NCBI GenBank assembly: GCA_964016885.1
Contig: OZ024756.1
Location: 43,462,001-43,526,000 of the forward strand
From: Eledone cirrhosa
Taxonomy: Eukaryota
Direction: 5' to 3'
DNA length: 64,000 bases
In this document: in pieces, positions 1-15,300 of the stretch
How the letters are laid out: every line of letters starts with the position of its first letter
Numbering within the stretch: the first letter of the stretch is position 1
The notes under the pieces: model-generated
The model's input: only the letters and a program-made list of their open reading frames with translations
What the model was told of the DNA's origin: nothing
Databases searched by the model: none
Program-made: the position numbers and the translations under genes

Positions 1-2960
1 ACATTGGACACACACTAGAGACAGACATTGGACACACACTAGAGACAGACATTGGACACACACTAGAGACAGACATTAGACACACACTAGAGACAGACAT
101 TGGACACACACTAGAGACAGACATTGGACACACACTAGAGACAGACATTGGACACACACTAGAGACAGACATTGGACACACACACTAGAGACAGACATTG
201 GACACACACTAGAAACAGACATTGGACACACACTAGAGACAGACATTGGACACACACTAGAAACAGACATTGGACACACACTAGAGACAGACATTAGACA
301 CACACTAGAGACAGACATTGGACACACACTAGAGACAGACATTGGACACACACTAGAGACAGACATTGGACACACACTAGAGACAGACATTAGACACACA
401 CTAGAGACAGACATTGGACACACACTAGAGACAGACATTGGACACACGCTAGAGACAGACATTGGACACTCACTAGAAACAGACATTGGACACACACTAG
501 AGACAGACATTAGACACACACTAGAGACAGACATTGGACACACACTAGAGACAGACATTGCACACACACTAGAGACGGAGATTGCACACAGACATTGGAC
601 ACACACTAGAGAGAGATATTGGACACACGCTAGAGACAGACATTGGACACACACTAGAGACAGTCATAGGACACACACACTAGACACAGACATTAGTCAC
701 ACACTAGAGACAGACATTGGACACACACTAGAGACAGGCATTGGACACACACTAGAGACAGACATTGGACACACACTAGAGACAGACATTGGACACACAC
801 TAGAGACAGACATTAGACACACACTAGAGACAGACATTGGACACACACTAGTGAGAGATATTGGACACACACACTAGAGACAGACATTGGAGACACACTA
901 GAGACAGACATTGGACACACACTAGAGACAGACATCGGACACACACTAGAGACAGACATTGGACACACACTAGAGACAGACATTGGACACACACTAGAGA
1001 GAGATATTGGACACACACTAGACGCAGACATCGGACACACGCTAGAGACAAACATTGGACACACACACTAGTGAGAGACATTGGACACGCACTAGAGACA
1101 GACATTGGACACACACTAGACAGACATTGGACACACACTAGAGACAGACATTGGACACACACTAGAGACAGACATTGGACACACACTAGAGACAGACATA
1201 GGACACACACTAGAGACAGACATTGGACACACACTAGAGACAGACATTAGACACACACTAGAGACAGACATTGGACGCACACTAGAGACAGACATTGGAC
1301 ACACACTAGAGACAGACATTGGACACACACTAGAAACAGATATTGGACACACACTAGAGACAGACATTGGACACACACTAGAGACAGATATTGGACACAC
1401 ACTAGAGACAGACATTAGACACACATTAGAGACAGACATTGGACACACACTAGAGACAAACATTGGACACACACACTAGAGAGAGACATTTGACATGCAC
1501 TAGAGACAGACATTGGACACACACTAGACAGACATTGGACACACACTAGAGACAGACATTGAACACACACTAGAGACAGACATTGGACACATACTAGGGA
1601 CAGACATTAGACACACACACCAAAGACAGACATTGGACACACACTAGAGACAGACAGTGGACACACACTAGAGACAGACATTGGACACACACACTAGAGA
1701 CAGACATTGGACACACACTAGAAACAGACATTGGACACACACTAGAGACAGACATTGGACACACACTAGAGACAGACATTGGACACACACTAGAGACAGA
1801 CATTGGACACACACTAGAGACAGACATTAGACACACACTAGAGACAGACATTGGACACACACTAGAGACAGACATTGGACACACACTAGAGACAGACATT
1901 GGACACACACTAGAGACAGACATTGGACACACACACTAGAGACAGACATTGGACACACACTAGAAACAGACATTGGACACACACTAGAGACAGACATTGG
2001 ACACACACTAGAAACAGACATTGGACACACACTAGAGACAGACATTAGACACACACTAGAGACAGACATTGGACACACACTAGAGACAGACATTGGACAC
2101 ACACTAGAGACAGACATTGGACACACACTAGAGACAGACATTAGACACACACTAGAGACAGACATTGGACACACACTAGAGACAGATATTGGACACACGC
2201 TAGAGACAGACATTGGACACTCACTAGAAACAGACATTGGACACACACTAGAGACAGACATTAGACACACACTAGAGACAGACATTGGACACACACTAGA
2301 GACAGACATTGCACACACACTAGAGACGGAGATTGCACACAGACATTGGACACACACTAGAGAGAGATATTGGACACACGCTAGAGACAGACATTGGACA
2401 CACACTAGAGACAGTCATAGGACACACACACTAGACACAGACATTAGTCACACACTAGAGACAGACATTGGACACACACTAGAGACAGGCATTGGACACA
2501 CACTAGAGACAGACATTGGACACACACTAGAGACAGACATTGGACACACACTAGAGACAGACATTAGACACACACTAGAGACAGACATTGGACACACACT
2601 AGTGAGAGATATTGGACACACACACTAGAGACAGACATTGGAGACACACTAGAGACAGACATTGGACACACACTAGAGACAGACATCGGACACACACTAG
2701 AGACAGACATTGGACACACACTAGAGACAGACATTGGACACACACTAGAGAGAGATATTGGACACACACTAGACGCAGACATCGGACACACGCTAGAGAC
2801 AAACATTGGACACACACACTAGTGAGAGACATTGGACACGCACTAGAGACAGACATTGGACACACACTAGACAGACATTGGACACACACTAGAGACAGAC
2901 ATTGGACACACACTAGAGACAGACATTGGACACACACTAGAGACAGACATAGGACACACA
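1..2960 (+). repeat. Higher-order duplication, offset 1751 bp
   Basis: ORFs 76..654 / 1827..2405 and 813..1064 / 2564..2815 match at +1751. The rare cassette CATTGCAC..GACGGAGATTGCACACAG..CAGTCATAGG..CATTAGTC was seen only at about 555-700 and about 2306-2451. Confidence 0.9.
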
Positions 2961-3344
2961 CTAGAGACACACATTGGACACACACTAGAGACAGACATTG
3001 GACACACACTAGAGACAGACATTGGACACACACTAGAGACAGATATTAGACACACGCTAGAGACAGACATTGGACACACACTAGAGACAGACATTGGACA
3101 CACACTAGAGACAGGCATTGGAGACACACTAGAGATAGACATTGGACACACACTAGAGACAGACATTGGACACACACTAGAGACAGACATTGGACACACA
3201 CTAGAGACGGACATTAGACACACACTAGAGACAGACATTGGACACACACTAGTGAGAAATATTGGACACACACACTAGAGGCAGACATTGGAGACACACT
3301 AGAGACAGACATTGGACACACACTAGAGACAGACGTCGGACACA

Positions 3345-6300
3345 CACTAGAGACAGACATTGGACACACACTAGAGACAGACATTGGACACACACAAGAG
3401 ACAGATATTGGACACACAGTAGACGCAGACATCGGACACACACTAGAGACAAACATTGGACACACACACTAGAGAGAGACATTGGACACGCACTAGAGAC
3501 AGACATTGGACACACACTAGAGACAGACATTGGACACACACTAGAGACAGACATTGGACGCACAATAGAGACAGACATTGGACACACACTAGAGAGAGAC
3601 ATTGGACACACACTAGAGACAGACATTGGACACACACTAGAGACAGACATTGGACACACACTAGAGACAGACATTGGACACACACTAGAGACAGACATTG
3701 GACACACACAAGAGACAGATATTGGACACACACTAGAGACAGACATTGGACACACACACTGGAAACAGACATTGGACACACACACTAGAGACAGACATTG
3801 GACACACACACTAGAGACAGCCATTGGACATACACACCAGAGAGAGACATTGGACACACACTAGACAGACATTGGACACACACTAGAGAAAGACATTGGA
3901 CACACACTAGAGACAGACATTGGACACACACTAGAGACAGACATTGGACACACACTAGAGACAGACATTAGACACACACTAGAGACAGACATTGGACACA
4001 CACTAGAGACAGACATTGGACACACACTAGAGACAGACATTGGACACACACTAGAGACAGACATTGGACACACTAGAGACAGACATTGGACACACACTAG
4101 AGACAGACATTGGACACACACTAGACACACACACCAGAGACAGACATTGGACACACACTAGAGACAGACATTGGACACACACTAGAGACTGACATTGGAC
4201 ACAAACTAGAGACAGACATTGGACACACACTAGAGACAGACATTGGACACACACTAGTGAGAGACATTGGACACACACTAGAGACAGACATTGGACACAC
4301 ACTAGAGACAGACATTGGACACACACTAGAGACAGACATTGGACACACATGAGAGACAGACATTGGACACACACTAGAGACAGATATTGGACACACACGA
4401 GAGACAGACATTGGACACACACTAGAGACAGATATTGGAGACACACTAGACAGACATTGGACACACACTAGAGACAGACATTGGACACACACTAGAGACA
4501 GACATTAGACACACACTAGAGACAGATATTGGACACACACTAGAGACAGACATTGGACACACACTAGAGAAAGACATTGGACACACACTAGAGACAGACA
4601 TTGGACACACACTAGAGACAGACATTGGACACACACTAGAGACAGACATTGGACACACACTAGAGACAGACATTAGACACACACTAGAGACAGACATTGG
4701 ACACACACTAGAGACAAACATTGGACACACACACAAGAGAGAGACATTTGACATGCACTAGAGACAGACATTGGACACACACTAGACAGACATTGGACAC
4801 ACACTAGAGACAGACATTGGACACACACTAGAGACAGACATTGGACACACAATAGAGACAGACATTGGACACACACTAGAGACAGACATTGGACACACAA
4901 TAGAGACAGACATTGGACACACACTAGAGAGAGACATTGGACACACACTAGAGACAGACATTGGACACACACTAGAGACAGACATTGGACACACACTAGA
5001 GACAGACATTGGACACACACTAGAGACAGACATTGGACACACACAAGAGACAGATATTGGACACACACTAGAGACAGACATTGGACACACACACTGGAAA
5101 CAGACATTGGACACACACTAGAGACAGACATTGGACACACACTAGAGACAAACATTGGACACACACACTAGAGACAGACATTGGACAGATACTAGAGACA
5201 GACATTAGACACACACACCAAAGACAGACATTGGACACACACTAGAGACAGATATTGGACACACACTAGAGACAGACATTGGACACACATTAGAGACAGA
5301 CATTAGACACACACTAGAGACAGACATTGTACACACACTAGAGACAGACATTGGAGACACACTAGAGACAGACATTAGACACACACTAGAGACAGACATT
5401 GGACACACACTAGAGACAGACATTGGACACACAATAGAGACAGACATTGGACACACACTAGAGAGAGACATTGGACACACACTAGAGACAGACATTGGAC
5501 ACACACTAGAGACAGACATTGGACACACACTAGAGACAGACATTGGACACACACTAGAGACAGACATTGGACACACACAAGAGACAGATATTGGACACAC
5601 ACTAGAGACAGACATTGGACACACACACTGGAAAGAGACATTGGACAAACACTAGAGACAGACATTGGACACACACTAGAGACAAACATTGGAAACACAC
5701 ACTAGAGAGAGACATTTGACATGCACTAGAGACAGACATTGGACACACACTAGACAGACATTGGACACACACTAGAGACAGACATTGGACACACACTAGA
5801 GACAGACATTGGACACATACTAGAGACAGACATTAGACACACACTAGAGACAGACATTGGACACACACTAGAGACAGACATTGGACACACAATAGAGACA
5901 GACATTGGACACACATTAGAGACAGACATTAGACACACACTAGAGACAGACATTGTACACACACTAGAGACAGACATTGGAGACACACTAGAGACAGACA
6001 TTAGACACACACTAGAGACAGACATTGGACACACACTAGAGACAGACATTGGACACACACTAGACACACACACCAGAGACAGACATTGGACACACACTAG
6101 AGACAGACATTGGACACACACTAGAGACAGACATCGGACACACACTAGAGACAGACATTGGACACACACTAGAGACAGACATTGGACACACACTAGAGAG
6201 AGATATTGGACACACACTAGACGCAGACATCGGACACACGCTAGAGACAAACATTGGACACACACACTAGAGAGAGACATTGGACACGCACTAGAGACAG

Positions 6301-9300
6301 ACATTGGACACACACTAGACAGACATTGGACACACACTAGAGACAGACATTGGACACACACTAGTGAGAGACATTGGACACACACTAGAGACAGACATTG
6401 GACACACACTAGAGACAGACATTGGACACACACTAGAGACAGACATTGGACACACATGAGAGACAGACATTGGACACACACTAGAGACAGACATTGGACA
6501 CACACGAGAGACAGACATTGGACACACACTAGAGACAGACATTGGACACACACTAGACAGACATTGGACACACACTAGAGACAGACATTGGACACACACT
6601 AGAGACAGACATTAGACACACACTAGAGACAGATATTGGACACACACTAGAGACAGACATTGGACACACACTAGAGAAAGACATTGGACACACACTAGAG
6701 ACAGACATTGGACACACACTAGAGACAGACATTGGACACACACTAGAGACAGACATTGGACACACACTAGAGACAGACATTAGACACACACTAGAGACAG
6801 ACATTGGACACACACTAGAGACAAACATTGGACACACACACTAGAGAGAGACATTTGACATGCACTAGAGACAGACATTGGACACACACTAGACAGACAT
6901 TGGACACACACTAGAGACAGACATTGGACACACACTAGAGACAGACATTGGACACACATTAGAGACAGACATTAGACACACACTAGAGACAGACATTGTA
7001 CACACACTAGAGACAGACATTGGAGACACACTAGAGACAGACATTGGACACACAATAGAGACAGACATTGGACACACACTAGAGACAGACATTGGACACA
7101 CAATAGAGACAGACATTGGACACACACTAGAGAGAGACATTGGACACACACTAGAGACAGACATTGGACACACACTAGAGACAGACATTGGACACACACT
7201 AGAGACAGACATTGGACACACACAAGAGACAGATATTGGACACACACTAGAGACAGACATTGGACACACACACTGGAAACAGACATTGGACACACACTAG
7301 AGACAGACATTGGACACACACTAGAGACAAACATTGGACACACACACTAGAGACAGACATTGGACACATACTAGAGACAGACATTAGACACACACACCAA
7401 AGACAGACATTGGACACACACTAGAGACAGACATTGGACACACACTAGAGACAGACATTGGACACACATTAGAGACAGACATTAGACACACACTAGAGAC
7501 AGACATTGTACACACACTAGAGACAGACATTGGAGACACACTAGAGACAGACATTAGACACACACTAGAGACAGACATTGGACACACACTAGAGACAGAC
7601 ATTGGACACACAATAGAGACAGACATTGGACACACACTAGAGAGAGACATTGGACACACACTAGAGACAGACATTGGACACACACTAGAGACAGACATTG
7701 GACACACACTAGAGACAGACATTGGACACACACTAGAGACAGACATTGGACACACACAAGAGACAGATATTGGACACACACTAGAGACAGACATTGGACA
7801 CACACACTGGAAAGAGACATTGGACACACACTAGAGACAGACATTGGACACACACTAGAGACAAACATTGGAAACACACACTAGAGAGAGACATTTGACA
7901 TGCACTAGAGACAGACATTGGACACACACTAGACAGACATTGGACACACACTAGAGACAGACATTGGACACACACTAGAGACAGACATTGGACACATACT
8001 AGAGACAGACATTAGACACACACACCAAAGACAGACATTGGACACACACTAGAGACAGACATTGGACACACACTAGAGACAGACATTGGACACACATTAG
8101 AGACAGACATTAGACACACACTAGAGACAGACATTGTACACACACTAGAGACAGACATTGGAGACACACTAGAGACAGACATTAGACACACACTAGAGAC
8201 AGACATTGGACACACACTAGAGACAGACATTGGACACACAATAGAGACAGACATTGGACACACACTAGAGAGAGACATTGGACACACACTAGAGACAGAC
8301 ATTGGACACACACTAGAGACAGACATCGGACACACACTAGAGACAGACATTGGACACACACTAGAGACAGACATTGGACACACACTAGAGAGAGATATTG
8401 GACACACACTAGACGCAGACATCGGACACACGCTAGAGACAAACATTGGACACACACACTAGAGAGAGACATTGGACACGCACTAGAGACAGACATTGGA
8501 CACACACTAGACAGACATTGGACACACACTAGAGACAGACATTGGACACACACTAGAGACAGACATTGGACACACACTAGAGACAGACATTGGACACACA
8601 CTAGAGACAGACATTGGACACACACTAGAGACAGACATAGGACACACACTAGAGACAGACATTGGACACACACTAGAGACAGACATTGGACACACACTAG
8701 AGACAGACATTGGACACACACTAGAGACAGATATTAGACACACACTAGAGACAGACATTGGACACACACTAGAGACAGACATTGGACACACACTAGAGAC
8801 AGACATTGGAGACACACTAGAGATAGACATTGGACACACACTAGAGAGAGACATTGGACACACACTAGAGACAGACATTGGACACACACTAGAGACGGAC
8901 ATTAGACACACACTAGAGACAGACATTGGACACACACTAGTGAGAAATATTGGACACACACACTAGAGACAGACATTGGAGACACACTAGAGACAGACAT
9001 TGGACACACACTAGAGACAGACGTCGGACACACTAGAGAGAGACATTGGACACACACTAGAGACAGACATTGGACACACACTAGAGAGAGATATTGGACA
9101 CACACTAGACGCAGACATCGGACACACACTAGAGACAAACATTGGACACACACACTAGAGAGAGACATTGGACACGCACTAGAGACAGACATTGGACACA
9201 CACTAGAGACAGACATTGGACACACACTAGAGAGAGACATTGGACACACACAAGAGACAGATATTGGACACACACTAGAGACAGACATTGGACACACACA

Positions 9301-12300
9301 CTGGAAACAGACATTGGACACACACAGTAGAGACAGCCATTGGACATACACACCAGAGAGAGACATTGGACACACACTAGACAGACATTGGACACACACT
9401 AGAGAAAGACATTGGACACACACTAGAGACAGACATTGGACACACACTAGAGACAGACATTGGACACATACTAGAGACAGACATTAGACACACACACCAA
9501 AGACAGACATTTGACACACACTAGAGACAGACATTGGACACACACTAGAGACAGACATTGGACACACATTAGAGACAGACATTAGACACACACTAGAGAC
9601 AGACATTGTACACACACTAGAGACAGACATTGGAGACACACTAGAGACAGACATTAGACTCACACTAGAGACAGACATTGGACACACACTAGAGACAGAC
9701 ATTGGACACACAATAGAGACAGACATTGGACACACACTAGAGAGAGACATTGGACACACACTAGAGACAGACATTGGACACACACTAGAGACAGACATCG
9801 GACACACACTAGAGACAGACATTGGACACACACTAGAGACAGACATTGGACACACACTAGAGAGAGATATTGGACACACACTAGACGCAGACATCGGACA
9901 CACGCTAGAGACAAACATTGGACACACACACTAGAGAGAGACATTGGACACGCACTAGAGACAGACATTGGACACACACTAGACAGACATTGGACACACA
10001 CTAGAGACAGACATTGGACACACACTAGAGACAGACATTGGACACACACTAGAGACAGACATTGGACACACACTAGAGACAGACATTGGACACACACTAG
10101 AGACAGACATTGGACACACACTAGAGACAGATATTAGACACACACTAGAGACAGACATTGGACACACACTAGAGACAGACATTGGACACACACTAGAGAC
10201 AGACATTGGAGACACACTAGAGATAGACATTGGACACACACTAGAGAGAGACATTGGACACACACTAGAGACAGACATTGGACACACACTAGAGACGGAC
10301 ATTAGACACACACTAGAGACAGACATTGGACACACACTAGTGAGAAATATTGGACACACACACTAGAGACAGACATTGGAGACACACTAGAGACAGACAT
10401 TGGACACACACTAGAGACAGACGTCGGACACACACTAGAGAGAGACATTGGACACACACTAGAGACAGACATTGGACACACACTAGAGAGAGATATTGGA
10501 CACACACTAGACGCAGACATCGGACACACACTAGAGACAAACATTGGACACACACACTAGAGAGAGACATTGGACACGCACTAGAGACAGACATTGGACA
10601 CACACTAGAGACAGACATTGGACACACACTAGAGAGAGACATTGGACACACACAAGAGACAGATATTGGACACACACTAGAGACAGACATTGGACACACA
10701 CACTGGAAACAGACATTGGACACACACACTAGAGACAGACATTGGACACACACAGTAGAGACAGCCATTGGACATACACACCAGAGAGAGACATTGGACA
10801 CACACTAGACAGACATTGGACACACACTAGAGAAAGACATTGGACACACACTAGAGACAGACATTGGACACACACTAGAGACAGACATTGGACACATACT
10901 AGAGACAGACATTAGACACACACACCAAAGACAGACATTGGACACACACTAGAGACAGACATTGGACACACACTAGAGACAGACATTGGACACACATTAG
11001 AGACAGACATTAGACACACACTAGAGACAGACATTGTACACACACTAGAGACAGACATTGGAGACACACTAGAGACAGACATTAGACACACACTAGAGAC
11101 AGACATTGGACACACATTAGAGACAGACATTGGACACACAATAGAGACAGACATTGGACACACACTAGAGAGAGACATTGGACACACACTAGAGACAGAC
11201 ATTGGACACACACTAGAGACAGACATCGGACACACACTAGAGACAGACATTGGACACACACTAGAGACAGACATTGGACACACACTAGAGAGAGATATTG
11301 GACACACACTAGACGCAGACATCGGACACACGCTAGAGACAAACATTGGACACACACACTAGAGAGAGACATTGGACACGCACTAGAGACAGACATTGGA
11401 CACACACTAGACAGACATTGGACACACACTAGAGACAGACATTGGACACACACTAGAGACAGACATTGGACACACACTAGAGACAGACATTGGACACACA
11501 CTAGAGACAGACATTGGACACACACTAGAGACAGACATAGGACACACACTAGAGACAGACATTGGACACACACTAGAGACAGACATTGGACACACACTAG
11601 AGACAGACATTGGACACACACAAGAGACAGATATTGGACACACAGTAGACGCAGACATCGGACACACACTAGAGACAAACATTGGACACACACACTAGAG
11701 AGAGACATTGGACACGCACTAGAGACAGACATTGGACACACACTAGAGACAGACATTGGACACACACTAGAGACAGACATTGGACGCACAATAGAGACAG
11801 ACATTGGACACACACTAGAGAGAGACATTGGACACACACTAGAGACAGACATTGGACACACACTAGAGACAGACATTGGACACACACTAGAGACAGACAT
11901 TGGACACACACTAGAGACAGACATTAGACACACACAAGAGACAGATATTGGACACACACTAGAGACAGACATTGGACACACACACTGGAAACAGACATTG
12001 GACACACACACTAGAGACAGACATTGGACACACACACTAGAGACAGCCATTGGACATACACACCAGAGAGAGACATTGGACACACACTAGACAGACATTG
12101 GACACACACTAGAGAAAGACATTGGACACACACTAGAGACAGACATTGGACACACACTAGAGACAGACATTGGACACACACTAGAGACAGACATTAGACA
12201 CACACTAGAGACAGACATTGGACACACACTAGAGACAGACATTGGACACACACTAGAGACAGACATTGGACACACACTAGAGACAGACATTGGACACACT

Positions 12301-15300
12301 AGAGACAGACATTGGACACACACTAGAGACAGACATTGGACACACACTAGACACACACACCAGAGACAGACATTGGACACACACTAGAGACAGACATTGG
12401 ACACACACTAGAGACTGACATTGGACACAAACTAGAGACAGACATTGGACACACACTAGAGACAGACATTGGACACACACTAGTGAGAGACATTGGACAC
12501 ACACTAGAGACAGACATTGGACACACACTAGAGACAGACATTGGACACACACTAGAGACAGACATTGGACACACATGAGAGACAGACATTGGACACACAC
12601 TAGAGACAGACATTGGACACACACGAGAGACAGACATTGGACACACACTAGAGACAGATATTGGAGACACACTAGACAGACATTGGACACACACTAGAGA
12701 CAGACATTGGACACACACTAGAGACAGACATTAGACACACACTAGAGACAGATATTGGACACACACTAGAGACAGACATTGGACACACACTAGAGAAAGA
12801 CATTGGACACACACTAGAGACAGACATTGGACACACACTAGAGACAGACATTGGACACACACTAGAGACAGACATTGGACACACACTAGAGACAGACATT
12901 AGACACACACTAGAGACAGACATTGGACACACACTAGAGACAAACATTGGACACACACACTAGAGAGAGACATTTGACATGCACTAGAGACAGACATTGG
13001 ACACACACTAGACAGACATTGGACACACACTAGAGACAGACATTGGACACACACTAGAGACAGACATTGGACACACAATAGAGACAGACATTGGACACAC
13101 ACTAGAGACAGACATTGGACACACAATAGAGACAGACATTGGACACACACTAGAGAGAGACATTGGACACACACTAGAGACAGACATTGGACACACACTA
13201 GAGACAGACATTGGACACACACTAGAGACAGACATTGGACACACACTAGAGACAGACATTGGACACACACAAGAGACAGATATTGGACACACACTAGAGA
13301 CAGACATTGGACACACACACTGGAAACAGACATTGGACACACACTAGAGACAGACATTGGACACACACTAGAGACAAACATTGGACACACACACTAGAGA
13401 CAGACATTGGACAGATACTAGAGACAGACATTAGACACACACACCAAAGACAGACATTGGACACACACTAGAGACAGATATTGGACACACACTAGAGACA
13501 GACATTGGACACACATTAGAGACAGACATTAGACACACACTAGAGACAGACATTGTACACACACTAGAGACAGACATTGGAGACACACTAGAGACAGACA
13601 TTAGACACACACTAGAGACAGACATTGGACACACACTAGAGACAGACATTGGACACACAATAGAGACAGACATTGGACACACACTAGAGAGAGACATTGG
13701 ACACACACTAGAGACAGACATTGGACACACACTAGAGACAGACATTGGACACACACTAGAGACAGACATTGGACACACACTAGAGACAGACATTGGACAC
13801 ACACAAGAGACAGATATTGGACACACACTAGAGACAGACATTGGACACACACACTGGAAAGAGACATTGGACAAACACTAGAGACAGACATTGGACACAC
13901 ACTAGAGACAAACATTGGAAACACACACTAGAGAGAGACATTTGACATGCACTAGAGACAGACATTGGACACACACTAGACAGACATTGGACACACACTA
14001 GAGACAGACATTGGACACACACTAGAGACAGACATTGGACACATACTAGAGACAGACATTAGACACACACTAGAGACAGACATTGGACACACACTAGAGA
14101 CAGACATTGGACACACAATAGAGACAGACATTGGACACACATTAGAGACAGACATTAGACACACACTAGAGACAGACATTGTACACACACTAGAGACAGA
14201 CATTGGAGACACACTAGAGACAGACATTAGACACACACTAGAGACAGACATTGGACACACACTAGAGACAGACATTGGACACACACTAGACACACACACC
14301 AGAGACAGACATTGGACACACACTAGAGACAGACATTGGACACACACTAGAGACAGACATCGGACACACACTAGAGACAGACATTGGACACACACTAGAG
14401 ACAGACATTGGACACACACTAGAGAGAGATATTGGACACACACTAGACGCAGACATCGGACACACGCTAGAGACAAACATTGGACACACACACTAGAGAG
14501 AGACATTGGACACGCACTAGAGACAGACATTGGACACACACTAGACAGACATTGGACACACACTAGAGACAGACATTGGACACACACTAGTGAGAGACAT
14601 TGGACACACACTAGAGACAGACATTGGACACACACTAGAGACAGACATTGGACACACACTAGAGACAGACATTGGACACACATGAGAGACAGACATTGGA
14701 CACACACTAGAGACAGACATTGGACACACACGAGAGACAGACATTGGACACACACTAGAGACAGACATTGGACACACACTAGACAGACATTGGACACACA
14801 CTAGAGACAGACATTGGACACACACTAGAGACAGACATTAGACACACACTAGAGACAGATATTGGACACACACTAGAGACAGACATTGGACACACACTAG
14901 AGAAAGACATTGGACACACACTAGAGACAGACATTGGACACACACTAGAGACAGACATTGGACACACACTAGAGACAGACATTGGACACACACTAGAGAC
15001 AGACATTAGACACACACTAGAGACAGACATTGGACACACACTAGAGACAAACATTGGACACACACACTAGAGAGAGACATTTGACATGCACTAGAGACAG
15101 ACATTGGACACACACTAGACAGACATTGGACACACACTAGAGACAGACATTGGACACACACTAGAGACAGACATTGGACACACATTAGAGACAGACATTA
15201 GACACACACTAGAGACAGACATTGTACACACACTAGAGACAGACATTGGACACACAATAGAGACAGACATTGGACACACACTAGAGACAGACATTGGACA

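Noticed and set aside
8-15. (CA)n microsatellite, Z-DNA, G-quadruplex or hairpin potential
   Set aside because: CA runs are only about 3-6 units, there are no G-tracts, and the only consensus palindrome is the 4-bp CTAG.
11082-12083. Cys-rich CxxC periodicity suggesting a metallothionein, zinc-finger or keratin-associated protein
   Set aside because: The Cys/Val content comes from minus-strand TGTGTG runs, and the same peptide appears everywhere in the array.
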